Shown: piece by piece, positions 1 through 8,211 of the stretch | Layout of the letters: every line of letters starts with the position of its first letter | Numbering within the stretch: the stretch's first letter is position 1 | DNA from: Candidatus Methylomirabilia bacterium | GTDB lineage: Bacteria; Methylomirabilota; Methylomirabilia; Rokubacteriales; CSP1-6 | Assembly (NCBI GenBank): GCA_041497895.1 | Contig: JBGQHJ010000074.1 | Location: 1 to 23,531 of the forward strand | Length of the DNA stretch: 23,531 nucleotides | Reading direction: 5' to 3' | Translations under genes and position numbers: made by a program | Notes under the pieces: model-generated | Databases searched by the model: none | Seen by the model: the letters and a program-made list of their open reading frames with translations, nothing else | Told to the model about the DNA's origin: nothing

Positions 1-25
1 CGCTCCCGTGCGCTTTTTGACCCAT
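1..25 (-). CDS. 5' end of an unidentified gene running off the left edge (MGQKAHGS...)
   Basis: ATG at 25-23 with a strong RBS (AGGAGGT, 38-32) and a TATGAT -10-like hexamer at 61-56. Only 8 codons are visible. Confidence 0.65.
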
Positions 26-63
26 GCCGTCACCTCCTCGTCGCCGTTTGCCTTCATCATAGC

Positions 64-107
64 GACCGGGAGGTATTGACACTCCGCTGACCGGAAGGTA
101 CTGACAC
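64..107. repeat. 19-bp imperfect direct repeat, period 25 bp; candidate regulator binding sites
   Basis: GACCGGGAGGTATTGACAC (64-82) vs GACCGGAAGGTACTGACAC (89-107), 17/19 identical, in the intergenic gap just upstream of the TATGAT -10 of the left-edge gene. Confidence 0.75.
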
Positions 108-121
108 CTGGCCCCTGACCC

Positions 122-1147
122 CTACTGCAGCTCGCGGCGGACGAGGCGGGTGCCCTCGACGAGGGCGGCCAACTTCAGGCGGGTGGCCCAGCGGGGGGTC
201 TCCCAGAATCCGCAGTCGGGATTGAGCCAGAGCTTGTCGGGCGCCACGTGGCGGAGGATCGCGCGGATGCGCCCGGCGACCTCCTCGGCGGTCTCGGCCT
301 TGAAGGCCTTCACGTCGATGACGCCGGCGCCGAGCTCCTTGTCGCTGGCCAGCTCCCGCCAGAGCGGCAGATCGTCCATGCCGCGATTGGCGTACTCGAG
401 CACGACCTGCGAGGCGGTCAGCTCGTGCAGCGCCGGATAGACGTTGCGGTAGCTGCGCACCGGCTGGAACGGACGCCCGTAGAGATTGCCGAAGCAGACG
501 TGTACCGCGATCTTGGCCCGCACGCCCTCCACCGCGCGGTTCACCCCGAGCGTGAACTGAGGCGCCTGACCCGCGTACATGCCGCTGTGGGGCTCGTCGA
601 TCTGGATGAAGTCGGCGCCCGCGTCCACCAGGGCCCGGCACTCCGCGTTGACGACGGTCACCAGGTCGGCGAGCAGCGTGTCGCGATCGCGGTAGGGGCC
701 GCCCGGGCGCAGCGGGAACATCAGGGTGTAGGGCCCGGGGACGGTCGCCTTGAGCGGCCGCGTGGTGAGCGAGCGCGCGAGCTTGAACTCCTCCACGATG
801 CCGAGGCCGGCCGGCGCGGTGACCTTCTCCACCACTTGGAAGGGCGTGTTGGTGTCCCAGTGGGGCTGGCCGAGCTTGCGCGGCTCCGGCAGCGCACGGA
901 TGCCGTGGAGGTGGTCGTAGAAGCCGATGATGAAGCGCACGCGGCCCATCTCGCCGGTGGTGAGCACGTCGATGCCGGCGCGCTCCTGGTCCAGCAGCGC
1001 GACCTGGGTCGCGTCCTCCGTGAGCTCGGCCAGATCCGTGGCCCCGAGGCGCCCGGCCTGGATCGCCTCGCGCGCGAGCCAGACCCAGCCCGGCAGCCCG
1101 TGGCTGCCGATCACCGACGTGGGCAGGAGCGGCCGCGCCGCGGTCAT
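122..1147 (-). CDS. Cobalamin-independent methionine synthase catalytic-domain-only protein (MetE-like/Meth_synt_2, 341 aa)
   Basis: Starts MTAARPLLPTSVIGSH. Motifs DQERAGIDVLTTGEMGR, PGPYTL, IQIDEP; Zn ligands HVC, LEYAN, NPDCG. ATG overlaps the upstream stop (ATGA, 1144-1147). The listed 122..1936 ORF is over-extended. Confidence 0.88.
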   Translation of the reverse strand: MTAARPLLPTSVIGSHGLPGWVWLAREAIQAGRLGATDLAELTEDATQVALLDQERAGIDVLTTGEMGRVRFIIGFYDHLHGIRALPEPRKLGQPHWDTNTPFQVVEKVTAPAGLGIVEEFKLARSLTTRPLKATVPGPYTLMFPLRPGGPYRDRDTLLADLVTVVNAECRALVDAGADFIQIDEPHSGMYAGQAPQFTLGVNRAVEGVRAKIAVHVCFGNLYGRPFQPVRSYRNVYPALHELTASQVVLEYANRGMDDLPLWRELASDKELGAGVIDVKAFKAETAEEVAGRIRAILRHVAPDKLWLNPDCGFWETPRWATRLKLAALVEGTRLVRRELQ

Positions 1148-1908
1148 CGGCCGGGCTTGGCGGTGCCGGCGCGGATGTCGTCCATCGCCGCGCGGTGCTC
1201 GGGCGAGGCGAGGCACTCGCGGAAGCCCGCTTCCATCTCCCGGCGGAACGCGTCGAAGTCGAGATCGAAGGCGCGCGCCATCAGGCGCTTGCTCCACGCC
1301 ACGCTGGTGGCGGGCAGCGCCAGGAAGCGCTCCACGCTCTCCTCGACCGCGCGCGTGAACTCGGCGCCGGGCACCACGCGGTCCACGAGACCGTACTCGC
1401 CGGCGCGCGCCGCGCTGATGGGCTCGCCGGTGAGGATCAGCTCGCGCGCCCGCGCGGCTCCGATCAGGCGCGGCAGGCGGTAGAGGGCCATCGACGGGAT
1501 GAGGCACTCCTTCACCGCGGGCAGGCCGAGGGTGGCCTCCGCGGCGCCGAGGCGGTAGTCGCAGACGAGGGCGAGCTGGAGCCCGCCGCCCAGGCAGTGG
1601 CCGTTGATCGCGGCGATGAACGGGAGCGGGAGGCGCTCGATGGCGGTCATCGCGTCCTCCCAGGCCACGAACTGGGGCAGGGTCATCGCCCCCGCCGCGA
1701 GGGCCTTGAGATCGACGCCGGTGCAGAAGGCGCGGCCGGCGCCGCCGATCACCGCGACGCGCAGGTCGGTCCGGGCCGCCACCGCGGCGACCACCGCGTT
1801 CAGCTCGGCGACCCAGCCCGGGTCGGCCGCGTTGAGGACCTCGGGCCGGTTCAGGGTGATCCGGGCCACCGGCCCGTCGAGGGCGAGAGCGACGGCAGGG
1901 GCGGGCAT
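1144..1908 (-). CDS. Enoyl-CoA hydratase/isomerase (crotonase) family protein, 254 aa
   Basis: ARITLNRPEVLNA, GRAFCTGVDL, IAAINGHCLGGG, ARELILTGEPISA motifs; ATG at 1908. Confidence 0.9.
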   Translation of the reverse strand: MPAPAVALALDGPVARITLNRPEVLNAADPGWVAELNAVVAAVAARTDLRVAVIGGAGRAFCTGVDLKALAAGAMTLPQFVAWEDAMTAIERLPLPFIAAINGHCLGGGLQLALVCDYRLGAAEATLGLPAVKECLIPSMALYRLPRLIGAARARELILTGEPISAARAGEYGLVDRVVPGAEFTRAVEESVERFLALPATSVAWSKRLMARAFDLDFDAFRREMEAGFRECLASPEHRAAMDDIRAGTAKPGR

Positions 1909-1917
1909 CGCTCGCGG

Positions 1918-1947
1918 AGCGTACGCGGGCCCGCACCGGGCTGTCAA
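1918..1947 (-). promoter_or_regulatory. sigma70-type promoter for the crotonase-metE-like operon (probably leaderless mRNA)
   Basis: TTGACA (1947-1942), 18-bp spacer, TACGCT (1923-1918), 9 nt before ATG 1908; no SD sequence. Confidence 0.6.
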
Positions 1948-1982
1948 GGCGCCCGCCGAGGCTGGCTCCTCCCGGGGTCGCG

Positions 1983-1991
1983 TGCTAACCT
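1983..1991 (+). promoter_or_regulatory. Possible extended -10 element for the Rieske operon
   Basis: TGcTAACCT matches TGnTAnnnT about 40 nt upstream of ATG 2034; RBS GAGGAGG at 2019-2025. Confidence 0.35.
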
Positions 1992-2033
1992 TTGCGCGTT
2001 GGCACGCCGCACCAGGCCGAGGAGGATCGAGGC

Positions 2034-3359
2034 ATGCTGAGCCACGAGGACAACGAGCTCCTGACCCGGACCGGACCGGGCACGCCGATGGGCGACCTCA
2101 TCCGCCGCTACTGGATCCCGGTGGTGGAGTCGAAGGAGCTGACGCCCGGGGGGCGCGTGAAGCGCGTGCAGCTCCTGGGCGAGCGCCTGATCGTCTTCCG
2201 GGGCCGGAGCGGGCGGGCCGGCCTCATCGGCGAGTTCTGCCCGCACCGCTCGGCGTCGCTCTTCTACGGGCGCGTGGAGGACGAGGGCATGCGCTGCGCG
2301 TACCACGGCTGGAAGTTCGGCCTCGACGGCCAGTGCCAGGAGATGCCGAGCGAGCCGCCGGAGTCGAGCTTCGCGGCCAAGGTGAAGACGGCCGCCTACC
2401 CCTGCCTGGAAGCGGGTGGCGTGGTGTTCGCCTACATGGGCCCGGAGAGCGCGCCGCCGCCCTTGCCCGAGCTCGAGTGGACGCTGCTTCCCGACGGGCA
2501 CACGTTCACCTCGCGGCGGGTGCAGGACTGCAACTGGTTCCAGGCCCTCGAGGGCGGCATCGACTCGAGCCACATCTCGTTCCTGCACGCGCCGATCGAC
2601 CACCGCGACAACGAGGTCACCCAGGACATGGATCGGGTGAGCTTCGGGGTGGGGGCCGCGGTCTCGACCGGCGACCGCGCTCCGCGCTTCGAGGTGCTCG
2701 ACACCGACTACGGGGTGCTGATCGGGGCCCGTCGCGCCAATCCGGACGGCCGCTGGTACTGGCGCATCACCCAGTTCCTGCTCCCGTTCCACACGATGCC
2801 GCCGACCGACCTCGACGAGCGCGTCGTGCAATCGCACATCTGGGTGCCGATGGACGACACCCACGTGGTGAACTGGATGGTGACCTGGCACCCGGACCGC
2901 AAGCTCACCCCCGGGGAGATCCAGCTTCACGTCGAGGGCAAGGGCGCGCACGTGTGCGACTACGCGCCGGCGACCTCCGAGCCCTACGGCGACGTGCGGA
3001 CCGCGGCCAACCGCGGCAACGACTACTTCATGGACTGGGAGGTGCACCGCACTCGGATGTACTGCGGCATCCCGGGCTTCGGGGTCCAGGACCAGGCGGT
3101 GCAGGAGAGCCAGGGGGAGGTCGTGGATCGCAGCCAGGAGCGCCTCGGTTCCAGCGACACCGCGATCATCCAGGTCCGCCGCCGCATGATGGGCGCGGCC
3201 CGAGCGCTGCGCGACCACGGCACCCCGGCACCCGGCGCGAACCCGCGGTCGTTCCTGGTGCGATCCACCTCCGTCGTCCTGGCCCCGGGCGAGAGCTGGG
3301 TGGACGGCGCCCGGGCGCGGGTGCTGGTGCGGGCGGGGGACCAGCTCACGCTCGCCTGA
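2034..3359 (+). CDS. Rieske non-heme iron oxygenase alpha subunit, phthalate 4,5-dioxygenase/LigXa-like family (441 aa)
   Basis: MLSHEDNELLTRTGPGTPMG N-terminus typical of this family; Rieske CPHR...CAYH; mononuclear Fe motif EGGIDSSHISFLH; QDQAVQESQG and ERLGSSD; RBS GAGGAGG. Confidence 0.92.
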   Translation: MLSHEDNELLTRTGPGTPMGDLIRRYWIPVVESKELTPGGRVKRVQLLGERLIVFRGRSGRAGLIGEFCPHRSASLFYGRVEDEGMRCAYHGWKFGLDGQCQEMPSEPPESSFAAKVKTAAYPCLEAGGVVFAYMGPESAPPPLPELEWTLLPDGHTFTSRRVQDCNWFQALEGGIDSSHISFLHAPIDHRDNEVTQDMDRVSFGVGAAVSTGDRAPRFEVLDTDYGVLIGARRANPDGRWYWRITQFLLPFHTMPPTDLDERVVQSHIWVPMDDTHVVNWMVTWHPDRKLTPGEIQLHVEGKGAHVCDYAPATSEPYGDVRTAANRGNDYFMDWEVHRTRMYCGIPGFGVQDQAVQESQGEVVDRSQERLGSSDTAIIQVRRRMMGAARALRDHGTPAPGANPRSFLVRSTSVVLAPGESWVDGARARVLVRAGDQLTLA

Positions 3360-3367
3360 GCGCTCTC

Positions 3368-4144
3368 ATGCCCGGGCGCATGGCCGGCCGCGTCGCGCTC
3401 GTCACGGGCGGCGGTGGCGGCATCGGCGAGGCCACCGGCCGGCTCTTCGCGGAGGAGGGCGCCGCGGTGGCTCTCCTCGATTCCGACGGAGAGGCCGTCG
3501 CCAGGGCGGCCGAGAGGATCCGGGGCGCGGTACCGGGCGCCCGGCTCCTGCCGCTCGTTGGCGACGTCACGCGCGAGGCGGAGGCCCGGCGGCTCGTCGA
3601 GGAGGCCGCGACGCGCCTGGGCGCCCTCCACACCCTGGTGAACGTGGCCGGGGTGCGGGTGTACGCGCCGCTCGCGGAGGCGGACGCGGCGGACTGGGAG
3701 CGCATCATCGGCGTCAACGTCCTCGGCACCGCGCACTGCTGCAAGGCGGCGCTGCGGGGGCTGCGGGCGAGCGGCCGCGGGACGATCGTCAACGTCTCCT
3801 CGGTGTACGGGCTCATGGGCCGGACCGGCATGGGTCAGTACGACACCACCAAGGCCGCGGTGCTCGGCTTCACGCGGGCGCTGGCGGTGGAGGAGGCGCC
3901 CCACCGGATCCGCGTCAACGCGGTATGCCCGGGCGGGACCATCACCCCGTATCACATCCGTCGCGCCGCGGACCGCGGGGTCTCGGAGACCGAGCTGCGC
4001 GGCCAGCGCGCGCAGGACAACCTGCTCGGCCGGTGGGCCGAGCCCCGCGAGGTCGCGCAGCCGATCCTGTTCCTGGCCTCCGACGAGTCGTCGTTCGTCA
4101 CCGGCGCCACCCTCATGGTGGACGGCGGCCGATCGATCCTGTGA
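3368..4144 (+). CDS. SDR family NAD(P)-dependent oxidoreductase (258 aa)
   Basis: VALVTGGGGGIG, LVNVAG, IVNVSS, YDTTK (YxxxK), IRVNAVCPG, VDGG. Confidence 0.92.
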   Translation: MPGRMAGRVALVTGGGGGIGEATGRLFAEEGAAVALLDSDGEAVARAAERIRGAVPGARLLPLVGDVTREAEARRLVEEAATRLGALHTLVNVAGVRVYAPLAEADAADWERIIGVNVLGTAHCCKAALRGLRASGRGTIVNVSSVYGLMGRTGMGQYDTTKAAVLGFTRALAVEEAPHRIRVNAVCPGGTITPYHIRRAADRGVSETELRGQRAQDNLLGRWAEPREVAQPILFLASDESSFVTGATLMVDGGRSIL

Positions 4145-5265
4145 CCCCGGAGCCCGGCACCCTCCCCCGCCTCGTCTCGGTCGACGTCCTCCGCGGTCTC
4201 ACGGTGGCCGCGATGGTCCTGGTCAACAATCCCGGCTCGTGGCGCCACGTCTACTGGCCGCTCCGGCACGCGGAATGGAACGGCTTCACCCCGACCGACA
4301 TGATCTTCCCGTTCTTCCTCTTCATCGTCGGGGTGTCGATCCCCCTGGCGCTCGGGAGCCGGCTCGAGCAGGACGGCCGCGGACTCGTCGGCCGCGTGCT
4401 GCGGCGGTCGGCGGCGATCTTCGCGCTTGGGCTCCTGCTGCACGCGCTGCCCTTCTTTCACCTCGCGACGCTGCGCATCCCGGGCGTGCTCCAGCGGATC
4501 GCGGTCTGCTACCTGCTGGCCGCGCTGCTGGTCGTCCTCACCGGAGGCGCGACCGGCTGGCGCCTCCAGGCCGGGGTGGCGGGCGCGCTGCTCGTCGGCT
4601 ACTGGCTCCTCATGACGCGCGTGCCGCCGCCCGGCGGGGTGGTCGGCGACCTGAGCCCTGCCGGCAACCTCGCCGGCTACGTCGACCGGCTGGTGCTGGG
4701 GCCGCACATCTGGCAGGTCTCCAGGTTCTACGATCCCGAGGGCGTGCTGAGCACGCTGCCGGCGGTGGCCACCACGCTGCTCGGGGTGATGGCCGGCCAC
4801 TGGATCCGTGGCGCCCGGCCTGGGCGCCGGGTGGCCGCCGGCCTGCTGGTCGCCGGCCTCGCCGCGACGGTCGCGGGCTGGGTCTGGGGGCTTGGGTTTC
4901 CCATCAACAAGGCGCTGTGGACCAGCTCGTACGCGCTGTTCATGTCGGGCCTCGCCGCGCTCGCGCTCGCCGCGTGCTACTGGAGCATCGAGGTGCGCGG
5001 CCGGCGCGGCTGGGCGAGGCCGTTCGTGGTGCTGGGCGTCACCGCGCTGCCGCTCTTCTTCCTGTCGAGCTTCATGGCCCGCCTGCTGGTGCTGATCCGG
5101 GTCGGGCCGGGGGGCCCGCGGCTCCAGGCCTGGCTCTTCGACCGCCTCTTCGCGCCGTGGCTGCCGCCGCTCGACGCGTCGCTGGCCTATGCCCTCGCGT
5201 ACGTCCTGCTCTGGTGGGGCCTCATGGGGGCCCTCCACCGGAGCGGTGTGCGCCTGCGCGTCTGA
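4141..5265 (+). CDS. Heparan-alpha-glucosaminide N-acetyltransferase (HGSNAT/NagX/DUF1624-like) membrane acyltransferase (374 aa)
   Basis: RLVSVDVLRGLT..MVLVNNPG, HAEWNG.TPTDMIFPFFLF, RIPGVLQRI, DPEGVLST, PINKALWTSSY; many TM segments; GTG overlaps the SDR stop (GTGA). Confidence 0.88.
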   Translation: MTPEPGTLPRLVSVDVLRGLTVAAMVLVNNPGSWRHVYWPLRHAEWNGFTPTDMIFPFFLFIVGVSIPLALGSRLEQDGRGLVGRVLRRSAAIFALGLLLHALPFFHLATLRIPGVLQRIAVCYLLAALLVVLTGGATGWRLQAGVAGALLVGYWLLMTRVPPPGGVVGDLSPAGNLAGYVDRLVLGPHIWQVSRFYDPEGVLSTLPAVATTLLGVMAGHWIRGARPGRRVAAGLLVAGLAATVAGWVWGLGFPINKALWTSSYALFMSGLAALALAACYWSIEVRGRRGWARPFVVLGVTALPLFFLSSFMARLLVLIRVGPGGPRLQAWLFDRLFAPWLPPLDASLAYALAYVLLWWGLMGALHRSGVRLRV

Positions 5266-5275
5266 GGCGCCCGGC

Positions 5276-7177
5276 TCAGCGCGCCGCCGGGATCTGCTCC
5301 GCGACCCACTCGAGGCCCAGCTCCGCGAGGCGGGCCCGCGTGGGGTAGCCGGTGTCGGGGTCGCAGCCCGCGAGCCGGTAGTAGGTGTCGCGCGCGTGCT
5401 CGAACTCCCCGGTGGTGAGCGCCACCCCCGCGGTGGGGCCCTTGCCGCCGAGCGGCTCGAAGAGCTTCTTGGGCAGCACGTCGGCGCTCTTGCCGATGCG
5501 CTCGCGGGCGTTGAAGGCGCGGAGCAGGTGGATGCGGCGCTCCCCCATGCGCAGGAGCTCCGCCATCGACGCGTCCCAGCCGGTCCCGTAGCGCACCAGC
5601 TCGACGGTCTCGGCGGGCCCGTAGAGCTGCCAGGACGGCCCCCACACGAACTGGCAGAGTCCCAGGCTGTCGAGCGCGGAGTAGAAGCACTGGGTGGTGT
5701 AGGCGAAGCGGACCTTCTCGTCCGAGAGGTCGCGCAGGTCGAGGTTGCCGAACTCGCCCAGCTCGGCGAGCCTCCGCTGGTGGAGGCTGCCCGGCTTGCT
5801 CTTGAGCATCGAGTCGTGCTCCGACGACTGGTGATCGGCGCCGAAGGGGTTGACCGCGTAGATGAGGCCGAGGGAGCGCTTGTGCTGCGGCATGTGGGCG
5901 GGCAGCTCCTGGCCCTTCACGGTGACGGTGAGATCGACGGCGGCCTGGCCGAGGGTCGTCGCGGCGCGGAGGCTGCCCTCGGCCAGCAGATCGCCGACGC
6001 CGCGGCGGAGCGCGATCGCCTCGATGGCGCGGAGGACGGCCCGGCCGTCGCCCCACTCGAGGCCGAGGCCCCGATCGTCGAGGAGCCCCTTGGCGCGGGC
6101 CTCCATCGCCCACGCGATGGTGGCTCCGGCCGAGATGGTGTCCATGCCGTACATGTTGGCGTCGGCGGAGGCGCGGGCCAGCAGCTTGAGGTCGCCGACC
6201 CCGCACATCGAGCCGAAGAAGGTGAGGGTCTCGTACTCGGGCCCGCCGTAGATCGGGTCGACCGGGATCTCCGGGTCCACGACCTCGACCACGCGCTTGC
6301 ACTTCACCACGCAGGCGTAGCAGGTGTCGCGTTCTTTCAAAATTGTTTTTACCATCGTGGAGCCGTCGATGTCCTTGCACTGCTCGAACGTGCCCTCGGA
6401 GTAGTTGCGGGTGGGCTGGCCGCCCATCTTGTCCTGGATGGCGAGCACGCCCGCGGTGCCGTACTCGCCGAACCAGCCGATGCCGGGATTCATCTCCTGC
6501 ATGGCCTTGAGCCGCTTGACGAGCCCGCGGAACTCCTCGGCCATCACCGGCTTGGGCGACTTGCTCCCGCGAACCACCACCGCCTTCAGGCGCTTGCTGC
6601 CCATCACCGCGCCGAGCCCGGTGCGGCCGTTGGCGCGGTTGACCATGTTCATGATCGCGGCGAAGCGCACCAGGTTCTCGCCCGCGGGGCCGATCTGGGC
6701 TACCTCGGCCTTGGGATCACCGACCTCCTCCCGGAGCAGCCGGTCCGCGTCGGCGGTCACCTTGCCCCACAGGTGCTTGGCCGGGCGCAGCTCGGCGTGC
6801 CCGTCCTGAAACCAGAGGTACACCGGCTCGGGAGACTGCCCGGTGAACACGAAGGCATCGGCGCCGGCCGCGCGCATCTCGGCCGGGAAGAAGCCGCCGC
6901 ACTGGCTGTCGCCGATCGCCCCCGTGAGGGGCGAGCGCGCGCAGGCGGTCATACGGCTCTGGCCGGAGATCGCGAGCCCGGTGAGCGGGCTCACCGCCAT
7001 CGCCAGCACGTTGTCGGGGCCGAGCGGGTCGGCGCCGACCGGGATGGCCTGGAGCACCAGGTAGGCGGCGAGGGCGCTGCCGCCGGGGTACTTGCGGTAG
7101 ACGTTCTCCGGTAGCGTCCTGGTCTCGATCGTTCCGCGGGTCAGGTCGACGTGGTAGACGGTCGCGGTCAGTGCCAA
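5276..7177 (-). CDS. aor: Aldehyde:ferredoxin oxidoreductase family (W/Mo-pterin, 4Fe-4S), 633 aa
   Basis: RSPLTGAIGDS, IGPAGENLV, GRTGLGAVMGSK.LKA, CYACVVKC, GPEYET, YGMDTIS, DSLGLC; TTG start with AGGAG RBS. Confidence 0.93.
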   Translation of the reverse strand: MALTATVYHVDLTRGTIETRTLPENVYRKYPGGSALAAYLVLQAIPVGADPLGPDNVLAMAVSPLTGLAISGQSRMTACARSPLTGAIGDSQCGGFFPAEMRAAGADAFVFTGQSPEPVYLWFQDGHAELRPAKHLWGKVTADADRLLREEVGDPKAEVAQIGPAGENLVRFAAIMNMVNRANGRTGLGAVMGSKRLKAVVVRGSKSPKPVMAEEFRGLVKRLKAMQEMNPGIGWFGEYGTAGVLAIQDKMGGQPTRNYSEGTFEQCKDIDGSTMVKTILKERDTCYACVVKCKRVVEVVDPEIPVDPIYGGPEYETLTFFGSMCGVGDLKLLARASADANMYGMDTISAGATIAWAMEARAKGLLDDRGLGLEWGDGRAVLRAIEAIALRRGVGDLLAEGSLRAATTLGQAAVDLTVTVKGQELPAHMPQHKRSLGLIYAVNPFGADHQSSEHDSMLKSKPGSLHQRRLAELGEFGNLDLRDLSDEKVRFAYTTQCFYSALDSLGLCQFVWGPSWQLYGPAETVELVRYGTGWDASMAELLRMGERRIHLLRAFNARERIGKSADVLPKKLFEPLGGKGPTAGVALTTGEFEHARDTYYRLAGCDPDTGYPTRARLAELGLEWVAEQIPAAR

Positions 7178-7211
7178 GGCGCTCTCCTGTGGGGTGGGTC
7201 GGACCGCCCGA

Positions 7212-7220
7212 AGCTTACCA
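7212..7220 (-). promoter_or_regulatory. Possible extended -10 promoter for aor
   Basis: TGgTAAGCT (TGnTAnnnT) immediately after the mpg stop, about 35 nt upstream of the aor TTG. Confidence 0.35.
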
Positions 7221-7841
7221 CTAGTCGCGGGCGGCGCGCCCGCGGCTCACGAACGGGTTGTCGCGGAGCCAGAAGCGCCACGGCCGGTCCACCCACGCCC
7301 CCGCGTAGTCGATGCCGACGCGCGGCCCCGCCGCGATGGCCCGCGCGGGCACCCGCGGGCGCGCCTCGACCCAGACCCGGTCGCCGAGCAGGTCGGCGCG
7401 GTCGTGGCGGCGGTCGATGCCGAGCGCGATGCAAAGCTTGCCCGGGCCGCTGGTCAGGCCGTGGAGGCCGCCGCCGCGGCGTCGCCTCTGCATGATGGCC
7501 AGGCCCTCCACCGGCTCGAGCGCGCGGATCAGCACCGCGTGCGGGATGTCGGCCACGCCGGTGACCACGTTGAACTGATGGTACATGCCGTAGACGAAGT
7601 ACACGTACGCGGTGCCGCCGGGCGCGTACATCGTCTCGGTGCGGAGGGTGCGGCGGCCGCCGTAGGCGTGGGAGGCGCGGTCCGCGGGGCCGCGGTAGGC
7701 TTCGGTCTCCACGATGATCCCGGAGACCCGCCCGGTCCGCGTGGGCACCACCAGGAGCTGTCCGAGGAGGCGCCGGGCGACGGTCACCACGTCGGGGCGG
7801 GTGTAGAACTCGCGCGACAGCTTCGGGCCCGGGGGGCTCAC
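7221..7841 (-). CDS. mpg: DNA-3-methyladenine glycosylase (MPG/AAG family), about 206 aa
   Basis: VARRLLGQLL, GIIVETEAYRG.DRASHA, GTAYVYFVYGMY, AVLIRALEP, SGPGKLC.ALGI, GPRVGI, PWRF. GTG start at 7841 is inferred. Confidence 0.9.
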   Translation of the reverse strand: MSPPGPKLSREFYTRPDVVTVARRLLGQLLVVPTRTGRVSGIIVETEAYRGPADRASHAYGGRRTLRTETMYAPGGTAYVYFVYGMYHQFNVVTGVADIPHAVLIRALEPVEGLAIMQRRRRGGGLHGLTSGPGKLCIALGIDRRHDRADLLGDRVWVEARPRVPARAIAAGPRVGIDYAGAWVDRPWRFWLRDNPFVSRGRAARD

Positions 7842-7865
7842 GGCCCGCCAGTGTGCCACGAAAGA

Positions 7866-7916
7866 CTCCGCGCGGAGAAACACCGCGGGCGCGGCCGAGA
7901 AGGGACCGCGCCCGCG
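7866..7916 (-). terminator. Probable intrinsic terminator after the lmo0937-sod-DUF3185 operon
   Basis: Perfect 11-bp inverted repeat CGCGGGCGCGG/CCGCGCCCGCG (7884-7916) followed on the minus strand by GTGTTTCT, then a second palindrome CTCCGCGCGGAG (7866-7877) followed by TCTTTC. Confidence 0.5.
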
Positions 7917-7978
7917 ACTCCACCGGACGGTGCGCTCGAGGCGCGCCGGCTCCGGTGACGGGAAGGCCGGAGGTGACG

Positions 7979-8200
7979 CTAGCGCCGCGCCCCGGCCACG
8001 AGGAGCACCACGCCGCCGGCGAGGGCCAGCCCGCCCAGGATCGGCGGCAGCGGGATCGTCTGTTCCTTCTCCTTGGTCGCCTTGATGGGGCCGACCTCGA
8101 GGATCTTCTCGCGGGTGGTGTAGGTGATGCCCTGGTACGCGAGCGACACCACGCCGATGGCGATCAGGACGATGGCGATGACGAGGAGTCCGCTCTTCAT
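7979..8200 (-). CDS. Small two-TM membrane protein, DUF3185-like (73 aa)
   Basis: MKSGLLVIAIVLIAIGVVSLAYQGITYTTREKILEVGPIKAT...IPLPPILGGLALAGGVVLL; GAGG RBS. Confidence 0.8.
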   Translation of the reverse strand: MKSGLLVIAIVLIAIGVVSLAYQGITYTTREKILEVGPIKATKEKEQTIPLPPILGGLALAGGVVLLVAGARR

Positions 8201-8211
8201 GGGGGCCTCTC

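Noticed and set aside
64..107. Direct repeat as a CRISPR remnant or insertion target-site duplication
   Set aside because: Only two copies with a 6-bp spacer, and no cas, transposase or integrase gene in the window.
122..1936. 604-aa ORF suggesting a long N-terminal extension on the MetE-like protein
   Set aside because: The extension is Arg/Gly/Pro-rich off-frame translation of the crotonase gene. The real start is the ATGA-coupled ATG at 1147.
1999..2015. TTGGCACG upstream of the Rieske gene as a sigma54 promoter
   Set aside because: The -24 half matches, but there is no GC at the -12 position (reads ACCA).
6332..6351. AT-rich patch as a dif, parS or IHF site
   Set aside because: It does not match those consensus sequences as I recall them; kept only as an unexplained compositional anomaly.
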